From IMG/VR virus record IMGVR_UViG_2061766007_004262: 39,674 nt of DNA, one strand, 5' to 3'. Within the stretch, counting starts at the first letter, position 1. Every line of letters begins with the position of its first letter. This stretch comes from an uncultured virus (IMG/VR IMGVR_UViG_2061766007_004262). Its lineage: Duplodnaviria > Heunggongvirae > Uroviricota > Caudoviricetes. Below are positions 28,371 to 39,024 of this stretch, in pieces. The notes under the pieces are model-generated. The model was not told where the DNA came from. It did not search any database and worked only from the letters and a program-made list of their open reading frames with translations. The position numbers and the translations under genes were made by a program.

Positions 28371-29798
28371 ATGAAGCCGCGTGAAGGGCATAAACTTCCG
28401 ACAGTTAGAATCACAAGAATCGAATTAGAAAATTTCAAGAGTGTTCGTCACGGTGAAATCGTTTTTAGTTGCGGGCGAAAGTTCGTTCCTCAAGATACAG
28501 AGTCAGACATCCTAGGCATCTATGGACAGAATGGCTCTGGCAAAACAGCCGTTATTGAAGCTATTGCTATTTTGAAACGTGCTATGAGTGGGGTGAAGAT
28601 TCCTGATCGTTATTCCGAATGCATTGCCGATGGCGCAGAGTATGCTCAGTTGTCTTTTACATTTGATTTTCAATATGATACCGTGGAAGCTTTTAGTCGA
28701 ACAGTCACATATAGCTTCAAAATCATGGCGATTGAGAACGACAACAAAGACGATAACGAATCACTAAGCCTTTCTTCTGTGACTTATCCAAAGAAAGTAA
28801 GACTCTTTGATGAAGTTATCAGTGCAGCTGGTCTTTTTGACGGAGAGATTCAGAAAAAGCAAGACATCCTGACAACATTTGATGGGAACTATCCAATAGG
28901 ACCAACAAGAAAAGTCTCACTTTATGTTGGGGCAGACAAAGATAGCTTTGCAGTAACCCTTGGTGTAAACAAAAAAACGGCAGAAATAAATGCAAAGTCG
29001 TTCATTTTTCTTGATGAGACTTTGAAACTGTTCAATGAGCAATCTGGGTACTCCGAATACTTTCAAATTCTTATTGAACTTAATCACTATGCTAAGTTCT
29101 ATTTGTATGCTGTTGACACACGCTTATCTGCTACTGCCCTGTCGGTTCCGCTCAACACTCGATTTGGCGTGTTGTTCTTGAATCTTCTGGGTACATCAGA
29201 GATGCCGAATGAGATATTTGATGATCTCACATTCTTTGTAAAGGGCATTAACACTGTTTTACCTACCATTGTCGCAGACATGGAACTTGTTCTGGAGCAT
29301 GAAGATTTTGCTTCGGAGAAGAGGCAGGGACAAGAAGTAAGCTTGTATTCGAAGAGGAAGGATACTATTATTCCTTTAAGAGATGAGTCTGCCGGTATAA
29401 TAAAACTAATCAGTGTCTTGTCCTTGATTATTTCTGCATTTAATGATCGTTCTATCACTGTGGCAGTCGATGAACTCGATGCAGGCATTTATGAGTATCT
29501 TCTTGGTGAGATTCTTTCTGGATTTGAAACTTATGGAAAAGGTCAGTTCATTTTTACTTCCCATAATCTGCGACCTTTAGAGGTTCTTAAGAAGGAAAAC
29601 CTGATTTTCACTTCTACTAATCCGAATAATCGCTATATTCGCCTGAAAGGAGTTGGAAAGACTAACAACCTCCGAAATCTCTATCTTAGAGAAATACTCG
29701 GCAATACTCAAGACGAGCAAATCTATGATGCGGCGAAGAAGCAGCGCATGATTGCTGCGTTTATGAAAGCGGGTGTTGGTCTTGGCGAGAAGAAATAA
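28371..29798 (+). CDS. ABC-type ATPase of the AAA_15/AAA_21 defence-associated class
   Basis: IELENFKS, Walker A GQNGSGKT, signature ESAG, Walker B VAVDELD, H-loop FTSHN; RBS GAGGT. Confidence 0.88.
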   Translation: MKPREGHKLPTVRITRIELENFKSVRHGEIVFSCGRKFVPQDTESDILGIYGQNGSGKTAVIEAIAILKRAMSGVKIPDRYSECIADGAEYAQLSFTFDFQYDTVEAFSRTVTYSFKIMAIENDNKDDNESLSLSSVTYPKKVRLFDEVISAAGLFDGEIQKKQDILTTFDGNYPIGPTRKVSLYVGADKDSFAVTLGVNKKTAEINAKSFIFLDETLKLFNEQSGYSEYFQILIELNHYAKFYLYAVDTRLSATALSVPLNTRFGVLFLNLLGTSEMPNEIFDDLTFFVKGINTVLPTIVADMELVLEHEDFASEKRQGQEVSLYSKRKDTIIPLRDESAGIIKLISVLSLIISAFNDRSITVAVDELDAGIYEYLLGEILSGFETYGKGQFIFTSHNLRPLEVLKKENLIFTSTNPNNRYIRLKGVGKTNNLRNLYLREILGNTQDEQIYDAAKKQRMIAAFMKAGVGLGEKK

Positions 29799-30325
29799 GC
29801 GAGAAAAGCTGGAACCGAATACTATCGTTTTCCTTGTAGAGGGTGATAGTGACAAAATTGCTCTGGAACTCCCTTTATCTGACTTGATTGATCAGAAACA
29901 TCCAGAGTATCATGTTCGCTTTCTTCTTCAGGAACGAAGAATAAGCCAAACAGGTGACGAAGTCGACGATTCAGACGATGACAGCGAAGAGTTAATAGAA
30001 GATGATTGCGAAGTAGAACCAGGCGGGGACATTACCACTAGTTCTTTTGTAACGCCGGAAAACATCGAAGTAAAAATCACAAACCGATTTATTATGCCTG
30101 CAGTCCGGAAAGAAGGGATATATCCCAAGCGAATCGCAAGGATCATCCACATTGTTGATCTTGACGGAGCATATCTCCCAGACACAAGCATAATACCCTT
30201 TTCATTTGAACGTCAAGCAAATGAACGCCCGTTTTATGATGGTGAGAGGGGTGTAATTGAAACATCAAATGTACCGGGTATTATAGGTCGCAATGACAGA
30301 AAAAGAAAGAATCTTGAATATCTAT
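29782..30325 (+). CDS. Toprim-fold partner protein, interrupted by an IS21-type end at 30326
   Basis: IVFLVEGDSD and HIVDLDG motifs; overlaps the ATPase stop. Confidence 0.7.
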
Positions 30326-30375
30326 TGCGTACGCCGTTGAAATTGAGCGTCAAAACCGGCGAATTTGAGCATCGA
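30326..30375 (+). mobile_element. IS21-type element left end inserted in the Toprim gene
   Basis: 50 nt identical to 30791-30840. Confidence 0.7.
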
Positions 30376-30385
30376 NNNNNNNNNN

Positions 30386-30609
30386 CTGTAAGAGCAGACG
30401 ACAATATCTACTGGATGGCGGAGGACGCCAGGATATTCAATTATATCTACCCAGCATGGGAAAAGGATGATTTCATCGCGTGGGCGCACAAGGAAAAACA
30501 CTCCTCATTCATTCCTATATCGACAGTTGACTGTGATTTCGTGAATTTGGCCTGTACCTCTGATGATATCGACAGCATCCGAGCTGCCTTTGAGGGTATT
30601 ATAGAATAA
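30386..30609 (+). CDS. Hypothetical protein, C-terminal fragment
   Basis: Open frame ending AFEGIIE-stop; separate fragment, not shown to belong to the Toprim gene. Confidence 0.4.
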
Positions 30610-30730
30610 CAACACGATGCATATAGTCTTGACGATGCTCTCCTCTTTTCTCTCTTCTCTCTTCACTGGAAAAGTCGCGTAGGGGAACGGAGAGAAGAGT
30701 AAAAAGTGAAAAGAGAAGAGTAAAGAGTAC

Positions 30731-30766
30731 AAAAAGAAAAAGCCGCCGAAGCGACTTTTTCTTTTT
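30731..30766. terminator. Bidirectional terminator-like hairpin
   Basis: AAAAGAAAAAGCCGC-CGAA-GCGACTTTTTCTTTT. Confidence 0.6.
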
Positions 30767-30790
30767 GGCTAAGGACTCTTATTTTGATAC

Positions 30791-31392
30791 TGCGTACGCC
30801 GTTGAAATTGAGCGTCAAAACCGGCGAATTTGAGCATCGATTCCGCAGAGATTGCGCAAGCTTTCCGCTGTAATTGGGCAGTGCTTCCGCGCAGGTTGAA
30901 TATGCGGTTTTGCATGCGGATTGCGCAATGCTCTCCAGTAGCACTCTCCCTGGAAAACCTTAAAGCGAAAAACCTCGGGTCNNNNNNNNNNGAGCCGGAA
31001 AGGTGCGTACGCCGTTGAAATTGAGCGTCAAAACCGGCGAATTTGAGCATCGANNNNNNNNNNATTGGAAATATTTATGTTGTCCCTGTTGGAAGAGTTC
31101 TGGCAGGGGCGTTTATTTACTAAGAACACGTTAAGCCACCCATATGTGTCTCCAGTAGCACTCTCCCTGGAAAACCTTAAAGCGAAAAACCTCGGGTCTG
31201 GGCAGAGCCCAGTGAGCCACAGGCTCTGAGAAGAGCAAATCGCTGTTGTTGGAAAGCTGCATAACCTCTCTCGATAGACTTTTTTCTATGCCTGATAGCG
31301 TTCCTAAACGTGCACGGAAGCTGCGCTCAATCCGCGCGGAAACGATGCTCAATTGGCCCGGTGGCGATGCTCAACCTCACGCGGAATACTCA
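30791..31392. mobile_element. Non-autonomous IS21-family element (about 385 bp when overlapping fragments are merged) with 5-bp target duplication
   Basis: TG...CA ends, imperfect IR (TGCGTA/TGAGTA) with repeated TTGAGC boxes, GATAC at 30786-30790 and 31393-31397; fragments overlap at 30932-30981 and 31149-31198. Confidence 0.72.
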
Positions 31393-31452
31393 GATACAAT
31401 TGCAACCCGGTTCCAGTCCTGTATCCTGCACCCGGTTGCATCNNNNNNNNNN

Positions 31453-32228
31453 GAAAGGTGCGTGTGCGGAAGAAGTACTTAAAGGATTCAGCGGAGTACT
31501 GGTCGCGGACGGATACAGCGGGTACAATGTAGTAAGCAAAGTCACCCGGGCAGGCTGCTGGGCGCACGCGAGACGGAAATGGCTGGAAGCGATGCCAAAG
31601 GACGCGACGAAAGAGAATTCCCTGGCTGTCAGGGGCCTCGAATACTGCTCAAGGCTGTTTGAACTGGAGCGGGAATACGAAGAATTGTCCGATGCTGAGC
31701 GCCGAAGACAGCGCCTGCTTCGTTCGAAGCCCATAGTAGATGAGTATTACGCCTGGCTCGGGACGATGTTCAAGCCAAGCGGNNNNNNNNNNGTAGCTTC
31801 GCTCAAAGCCAATAGTAGATGAGTATTACGCCTGGCTCGTGATGATGTTCAAGCCGAGCGGTAAACTGAGAGACGCTGTAACCTACGCCTTAAACCAGCG
31901 GAAGTATTTATGCACCTTTCTGGAACATGGCGAGATCGAGATCAGCAACAACCAGGTGGAGAACGCCATCCGCCCGATCGTCGTCGGCCGTAAGAACTGG
32001 CTGTTTGCCGACACCCCCGACGGGGCACGGGCAAGCACGGTCATATTCACTGTTTTGGAGACAGCCAAAGCGAATGGGCTGAACCCCGAAAAGTACATCG
32101 GTCATCTGCTGACAGTACTGCCGGAGCGTTTTGAGCATGATCCAAAACCGCAGATCGACGACCTGCTGCCCTGGGCTGATGGGCTGAGAGAACTCTGCCG
32201 GGCGTAGTGTGGATTATTTAGCGCTTAC
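31453..32228 (+). mobile_element. tnpC: IS66-family element: 3' part of the transposase and right end
   Basis: ADGYSGY, CWAHARRK, ISNNQVENAIRP...GRKNWLF, ETAKANGLNP and LLPW; terminus CGCTTAC. Confidence 0.9.
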
Positions 32229-32362
32229 TGAAAAACGGTGAGCACATCCCTCCTTACTTAATTATTTTAAGTAGTTGCAAGTTTACTCCGTGTGGGCGGC
32301 TGTGTCAATATAAAACTTAAAAAAACAAAAAAAGACAGTGCTGTCCGGTTGAAGTAAACTCG

Positions 32363-32548
32363 ATCTACGAGGCGGCGGACAAGGAGCAGCGCATCCTGAT
32401 CGCCACTTGGCGCATCAGCCTGGACACCCTGTATGCCTCCGAAAAGACCTTCCTCGGCCTGCTGTATGAAGGAAACGAGGAAACGATACAGGAACAGCTG
32501 ATGGAGCTGTATAAGGACGCGGTGCTCCAAACCTCCTGCCTCCATTGA
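32363..32548 (+). pseudogene. 5'-truncated hypothetical gene
   Basis: GC-rich frame IYEAADKEQRILIATW...TSCLH-stop begins abruptly after an AT-rich segment with no start codon. Confidence 0.4.
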
Positions 32549-32581
32549 CCAACCGAACCACCCCCGCCGGCNNNNNNNNNN

Positions 32582-34813
32582 CTGCAGCATGAAGCCCCAG
32601 GACGGGTATTTCTCCCGCGTCACGAGCTCGTAGGCCTCGTCCACATAGCCGAAGCGGGAAAGCACATCCAGCAGGTATTTCGTGCACAGGTTTCCGGTGG
32701 TAAATCGGTATCCACTGTTTACCACATCGTCCTTAAGCGCCCGGGCCGCGTCCGCGCGGTCAGATTCCGGGATCAGATCCAGCCAGAGCGCAAAAGCCTG
32801 ACAGGCCATCGAGCCGGTGGCGAAGGTCTTTGTTTCAGGCCGGTACCATTTTTGTTTCATCGCTTCCGCGATCTTTTCTGCGAGCCGATTATATTTTTCT
32901 TCGTCCTCCCGCCTGCCCAAAAGATGCGCGAATCCACTCAAAAGCGTACAGTTGTAATACGAATACCCGGTGGACATGAATTCGCCCGGCGTGACCGCGC
33001 TTTTTGCGTTTTCCCCGCTTACGCAGGCATAGGCGGGCCCCGCCCAGTCGCCGTAATAACTGTAGTTCACGATATATCCGTCGCTGTGATCCAGCAGGCA
33101 CTGTTCCCAGCGCGCGTAGTTTGAAAACTGCTCGCGTATCACGCTTTTATCCCCGCCGTGCAGCCAGGCCATGCGGCCCGCCACCAGAAAGCTGGAGCAC
33201 ACCGGGTCCGCCGGCCAGGCGCCGTACACTTTCGGCGCGGTGCAGGATATGGCGCCGTCCGGCTTCTGTCCGTCCGATATATCTCGGCAGATCTTTTTGA
33301 ACATCACAGCCGCATCGAAGTTGTACGGCGTCTCCTCAAAGCGCACAGTGGCGTCGTTCATCCAGCCCATCCTTTCGTCGCGCTGGGGGCAGTCTGTAAG
33401 GATGGAATGCATGTTGTCCTTTTCGGTTCGTACGACCATGTCCTGTATGGCGTTGATCACGGCGCTGCCGCAGCGGAACATGCCGGTGCTTTTCAGGTCT
33501 GTGTGCAGCGGGACCGCGCTCACTTCGCAATGGTACGGGTCCGCGCCTCCAAGCAGGATGTAGCGGAAACCGTGATAAGTGAACCGCGGCTGCCAGTGAT
33601 CAGGCACTCCGTTTTTGCCCTCCCGACCGGAGGCGGTGTATATATCTGTCGCCTTTGCGCCGCGCAGATTGTCGAAGTAAGGCGTGCCGTCCCCGCGCAG
33701 GCGTTCAAAATACCGAAGGGTGATCCTCTGTCCCTCTTTCGGGCAGCACGGAAAGCGCAGTCTGGCGACCCCCGCGATGTTTTTGCCGAAATCCAGTATC
33801 CAGCCTTCCCCAAGCCTCGATACCGAAACGGGTCTGATCTCCGCTTCCTCCCGGACCGGCGGTATCGTCATGAGCTTCATCGCGCCGCCCGGCGCCTTGA
33901 CCAGGTTCACACGTCCGTATTCGATATTTTCGATGCGCGCGTCGAAGGTCTCGCCGTCAAACAGGTGCGCGCNNNNNNNNNNCCGGCTGTATTTGATATT
34001 TTCGATGCGCGCGTCGAAGGTCTCGCCGTCAAACAGGTGCGCGCTCAGCGTGGGACCCTGCCCGCATTCCCAATCCGGCCCGGTCAGGATCTGCTCCCTC
34101 GTACCGTCTTCGTATTCTGCAAGCAGCATGGCGGACAGCTGAAGCGGTCCGAAGAAAACGGGGTCCTCCTTGATATACCTGCCGCTCACGAATCGCCAGC
34201 CCGCCGCCACGACCACATTCAACTCGTTTTCGCCCGGCTTTAAGCCGCCAAAACGCGGATACACCGCATACTGGCAGGACTTCGTGTAATCCGTATGCGC
34301 CGGATCGAGCCGGTTGTCGGGCAGGGGGATGCCGTTCACCGAAACGGAGAAATAGCCAAGGCCGCAGATATAAAGTGCCGCGCGTACCGGCTGCTTCTTA
34401 AGATAAAAGCGCTTGCGGAAATAAGCAGGCCTCAGGGGATCTGTCCAGCCCGGTGCGATCCAGTCCGCCGTCCAGCGAATGTCCCCGATAAAGAACGCCG
34501 CCCGGGCTTCTTCACTGGTATTTCCGTGATCGTCCCGTATGCGCAGGGTCCATTCGATCTCTTCGCCCTTCGGCAGGGGAACGCCGATGCTTACGCTCTG
34601 CTCGTCCGTTTCCGTCCAGCCGCTGTCGTACAGCACGCTTTCGCCTTTCTTCAACACCGCCCGGTACGCGCTCTGGCGCGAATCGTCAAGATCGCTCACC
34701 GCCGCCCAGGACAGCACGGTTTCCGGCCCCTCCGTTACCAGGCAGCGGTCCCGGGCCGTATCCAAAGAGCTGTGGTTCACACAAAGCTTCACAGGCGTAA
34801 AAATCGGAATCAT
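32582..34813 (-). CDS. Alpha-L-rhamnosidase (GH78), N-terminal and catalytic part, gapped
   Basis: ICGLGYF, LDFGKNIAG, FTYHGFRY, TDCPQRDERMGW, YGDW and YPSWGFM. Confidence 0.88.
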
Positions 34814-34826
34814 CCCCTTTTTCGGT

Positions 34827-35568
34827 GGTACTGCCAATAGTTTTGTGCAAATTTGTTCTTAAGCGCCTTGCCTGCTCAACACCAGGCCGGGCATCTNNNN
34901 NNNNNNNNNNNNNNNNNNNNNNNNNNNNNNNNNNNNNNNNNNNNNNNNNNNNNNNNNNNNNNNNNNNNNNNNNNNNNNNNNNNNNNNNNNNNNNNNNNNN
35001 NNNNNNNNNNNNNNNNNNNNNNNNNNNNNNNNNNNNNNNNNNNNNNNNNNNNNNNNNNNNNNNNNNNNNNNNNNNNNNNNNNNNNNNNNNNNNNNNNNNN
35101 NNNNNNNNNNNNNNNNNNNNNNNNNNNNNNNNNNNNNNNNNNNNNNNNNNNNNNNNNNNNNNNNNNNNNNNNNNNNNNNNNNNNNNNNNNNNNNNNNNNN
35201 NNNNNNNNNNNNNNNNNNNNNNNNNNNNNNNNNNNNNNNNNNNNNNNNNNNNNNNNNNNNNNNNNNNNNNNNNNNNNNNNNNNNNNNNNNNNNNNNNNNN
35301 NNNNNNNNNNNNNNNNNNNNNNNNNNNNNNNNNNNNNNNNNNNNNNNNNNNNNNNNNNNNNTTCAACCATCCCCAGTGCTTTATCCCCAACGACCAGCCT
35401 GATCCCCTTCAAACCGCGCTGTTTCAGCCAGATGAAGAAGCTCTTCCAGCTCTCCAGGTCTTCCTTTAGCCCTTCGGCTGCACCGATGATTTCCCGATAT
35501 CCGTCGCTGCCGACTCCGATCGCCACGAGGATGGAGACGTTCTCGTACTCCTCGCCCCAGCAGCGTTT
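34827..35568 (-). mobile_element. IS256-family element: right end and internal transposase fragment
   Basis: AIGV..DGYREIIG..EG..E...SW..F...LK.RGL.G..LVVGD; terminus TTTGCACAAAACTATTGGCAGTACC. Confidence 0.8.
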
Positions 35569-35578
35569 NNNNNNNNNN

Positions 35579-36678
35579 AGGGCGGCCGTACACCTGCTCG
35601 GTGAGGTAGCGCTCGTGCTCGGTCTGCAGATCGCAGCCCCAGTAGGGCTTATACTCGAACTCCTTGCCGCTGGACATCAGCTTTTCCACGGCCTCGGTGT
35701 AGGTGACGCGGGCAAAATCCGCGTCCCGCACCTGGGTGAGGCGCTCGATGAGCCCCTTGTCCACGCGCTCGTTCAAAAACGCCATTTCCTCCGGGCACTC
35801 GCTGAGCACGGCGGAGATGATGTATTTGATCATGTCCTCTTCCACGGCCAGGTCGTCGGAAAGCTCCGCGAAGGCCATTTCCGGCTCGATCATCCAGAAC
35901 TCGGCGGCGTGGCGTGCGGTATAGCTCTCCTCGGCGCGGAAGGTGGGGCCGAAGGTGTACACGTTGGAGAAGGCCAGGGCGAACACCTCGGCGTTCAGCT
36001 GGCCGGACACGGTGAGGGACACGGGCTTGCCGAAGAAGTCCTTGTCGAAATCCACCTGCCCGTCCGGCGTGCGGGGCGGATCTCCCGCGTCCAGCGTGGT
36101 CACGCGAAACATCTCGCCCGCGCCTTCGCAGTCACTGCCGGTGATCAGCGGGGTGTGCACGTATACAAAACCCCGGTCGTGGAAAAACCGGTGGATGGCC
36201 TGGGCCGCTACGGAGCGGATGCGGAACACCGCCTGGAACAGGTTGGCCCGGGGGCGCAGNNNNNNNNNNCGAAGCCCCGGTCGTGGAAAAAGCGGTGGAT
36301 GGCCTGGGCCGCCACGGAGCGGATGCGGAACACCGCCTGGAACAGGTTGGCCCGGGGGCGCAGNNNNNNNNNNGCCCGCGTCCAGCGTGGTCACGCGGAA
36401 CATCTCGCCCGCGCCCTCGCAGTCGCTGCCGGTGATCAGCGGCGTGTGCACATACAGATAGCCCTTATCGTGGAAGAAGCGGTGGATGGCCTGCGCGGCC
36501 ACGCTGCGCACGCGGAACGCGCACTGGAACAGGTTGGCGCGCGGGCGCAGATGCTGGATCGTGCGCAGGTATTCCAGCGTGTGGCGCTTTTTCTGCAGCG
36601 GGTAATCGGAGGGACTTTCGCCCACGACGGTCACGCTGTCGGCCTTGAGCTCAAAAGGCTGCTTCATCTCGGGCGTCA
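35579..36678 (-). CDS. asnS: Asparaginyl-tRNA synthetase, internal fragments of several alleles
   Basis: [32 protein letters not shown]...EFWMIEPE and [10 protein letters not shown]. Confidence 0.9.
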
Positions 36679-36754
36679 NNNNNNNNNNCTCGTTTCAAAA
36701 AATGATAATAAGCATCCTGATCATATGCCATTTTTTTCTGTAACCGATCTCTAT

Positions 36755-36921
36755 TCATTTTCTCCTTCTTCGCAGAATGAATGGTGCCCGCTCGCGCACG
36801 TTCGTTTCACGTTTCCGAACTCCACCTCCGCCTCCGCGCCGAAAGGCACGTCGATCTGAAGGTATTTCTTTCCTTCCTGCTGTACCCAGCGCAGGTTCAC
36901 ATATCCGCGCGGCGTATCCAG
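36755..36921 (-). CDS. GH78 C-terminal end, allele fragment
   Basis: Near-identical to 37780-37950. Confidence 0.7.
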
Positions 36922-36931
36922 NNNNNNNNNN

Positions 36932-37618
36932 CGGCATCTGATAGCGCATCATCGCTTTCAGCAGCCGGTTCAAAAAAGCAGTCAATTCTTCCTGAACGCA
37001 CGTGTTTCCCTGCTTACGGGCGGCGTCGATCACCCGCACCAGTCCCATAAGCGCCCAGCCGTTTCCCGTGGCCCAGCGTTTGCGGCGCACGAATCTTTCG
37101 TCCAGGCAGTCCACGATATGGAAAAACACGCCGCTTTCCTCATCGTACAAATGGCGTATATAGCCCCGGATCTGCTCTGAAGCCCAGTCCGTTTCGCCCA
37201 TGCAGGCCAGAAACGGCGGCACCATGTACATGCCGTCGATCCACAGCTGGAAGGGTGAAAAGCCCTCGTGATGCGTTTTCAGATTGTGGCAGATGATCCC
37301 GTCGGGTGTACGGGGCGCCGCGTTTTTCAGATATCCGAGCATTCTCCGGGCAGCGTTCAAAAGCGTTTCGTCCCCGGTACGCTCATATGCCCGCAGGCAA
37401 ACCTCCCCGTTTGAGGCCGGATCGGATACAGCAGAGCCGCCGCCCAGCATCGCCAGCCGCCCGTCCGCGTTCTGGCGCTTCACCGCGTCGTACGCCATGG
37501 GTATGAACAGATCGTCCCTGCCCGCTTCGTACAGCGCCTGGGCGCAAACGCCCTGCTCCCAGGGATAACGCTGCATGGCCAGCATGCATTTTACGGCTTT
37601 TTCGGCTGTTTCGGTCAT
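36932..37618 (-). CDS. GH88/GH105-family unsaturated glycoside hydrolase, 3' end in gap
   Basis: WEQG, QLWIDGMYMVPPFLA, SGVFFH and WATGNGW; RBS GGAGG. Confidence 0.85.
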
Positions 37619-37779
37619 ACGTCCCTCCGGGGTGTTTTTTGAACGGTATATCGATAATCGATTTCCTTGTTTGCGACTATTTTTTATTTATTTTCCGTAA
37701 TAGTCGCATTTTTCATATTCGCTTCCAAAAATGATAATAAGCATCCTGATCCTATGCTGGTTTTTTCTGTAACCGATCT

Positions 37780-38565
37780 CTATTCATTTCCTCCCTCTTC
37801 GCAGAATGAATGGTGTCCGCTCGCGCACATCCGTTTCACGTTTCCGAACTCCACCTCCGCCTCCGCGCCGAAAGGCACATCGATCTGAAGGTATTTCTTC
37901 CCTTCCTGCTGTACCCAGCGCAGGTTCACATATCCGCGCGGCGTATCCAGCGATGCCTGGCAACTCAAAAGCTTTTTGGGCAGCCTGGGGCAGACCTTAA
38001 AGCGCTTCCATCCGTCTTCAAGCGGTGTAAGCCCCGCCAAAGCGCTGTAAAACCACGTGCCCAGCGCGCCGTACATCGGGTGGCAGTAGCTGTTCATGCC
38101 GCCGTTGTCCTTGAGTTCGAAGCGTTCCCACACGGTGGTAGCCTCGTTTTGCAGCATGAAGCCCCAGGACGGGTATTCCTCCCGCGTCACGAGCTCGTAA
38201 GCCTCGTCCACATAGCCGAAGCGGGAAAGCACGTCCAGCAGGTATTTCGTGCACAGGTTACCAGTGGTAAATCGGTATCCGCTGTTTACCATATCGTCCT
38301 TAAGCGCCCGGGCCGCGTCCGCGCGGTCAGATTCCGGGATCANNNNNNNNNNCGTTTCTGGCCGGTACCATTTTTGTTTCATCGCTTCCGCGATCTTTTC
38401 CGCAAGCCGGATATATTTTTCCTCATCCTCCCGCCTGCCCAAAATATGCGCGAATCCACTCAAAAGCGTACAGTTGTAATACGAATACCCAGTGGACATG
38501 AATTCGCCCGGCGTTACCGCGCTTTTTGCGTTTTCCCCGCTTACGCAGGCATAGGCGGGCCCCGC
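37780..38565 (-). CDS. Alpha-L-rhamnosidase (GH78), C-terminal part, gapped
   Basis: ATTVWERF, MNSYCHPMYG and TPRG; overlaps 32582-33043 as an allele. Confidence 0.85.
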   Translation of the reverse strand, partial: AGPAYACVSGENAKSAVTPGEFMSTGYSYYNCTLLSGFAHILGRREDEEKYIRLAEKIAEAMKQKWYRPETXXXXIPESDRADAARALKDDMVNSGYRFTTGNLCTKYLLDVLSRFGYVDEAYELVTREEYPSWGFMLQNEATTVWERFELKDNGGMNSYCHPMYGALGTWFYSALAGLTPLEDGWKRFKVCPRLPKKLLSCQASLDTPRGYVNLRWVQQEGKKYLQIDVPFGAEAEVEFGNVKRMCASGHHSFCEEGGNE

Positions 38566-38575
38566 NNNNNNNNNN

Positions 38576-38924
38576 GAAGTTCCAGGCGTGGCTCTCGCTG
38601 ATGCCGAATCCGGAAAAGCCGTAAGCGTACCATACCACCGTGCCGGTGATGAGCATGTTGCATATCACAGGGAAGCTGACGGCCAGCCAGTACCTGGGGC
38701 TCTTCACCTCGGGCAGCTTATAGCCGGTCTTCATGGTGAGATACGCCGCTAGCAGCGTGGCCAGGGAACCGAAAATGATGTCCAGGATGTGGCCGCCGCC
38801 GATGATGTTGGCCACCAGGCAGCCCACGAACAGGCCGGGCACCGCCTCCGGAAAGATCAGGGGAAGCACGCACATGGCCTCCGANNNNNNNNNNNNNNNN
38901 NNNNNNNNNGTGATTCATCTTCAT
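38576..38924 (-). CDS. queT: QueT-family queuosine precursor transporter, fragmented
   Basis: SEAMCVLP...PGLFVGCLVANI...DIIFGSLATL; start MKMNH downstream of a preQ1 riboswitch. Confidence 0.85.
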
Positions 38925-38963
38925 GACATTGCTGACGGGCGCGGCGATGCGTTCCGGCCCGTG

Positions 38964-39008
38964 CTCCTCCTTAGTTTTGTTTATAGACAGGATGGTTTCG
39001 AACTGTCT
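38964..39008 (-). promoter_or_regulatory. preQ1-I riboswitch
   Basis: AGACAG-TTCGAAACCATC-CTGTCT-ATAAACAAAACTAA-GGAGG matches the class I architecture; upstream of queT. Confidence 0.88.
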
Positions 39009-39024
39009 GCCTCAAGGCTGGGTA

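Noticed and set aside
29773..30609. Single 278-aa ORF, and other ORFs spanning N-gaps (28-411, 4078-7206, 16338-18422, 32267-34837)
   Set aside because: These are chimeras read through IS ends and gaps, joining unrelated fragments.
34853..36859. Long plus-strand ORFs here and opposite the tape measure, primase and GH78 genes
   Set aside because: Antisense shadows of GC-rich genes or N-runs, with no recognisable motifs or RBS.
38576..39008. Functional link between queT/preQ1 and the His/Asp tRNAs of the rtcB cassette
   Set aside because: They lie on different fragments separated by many gaps; queT is in a host housekeeping context.
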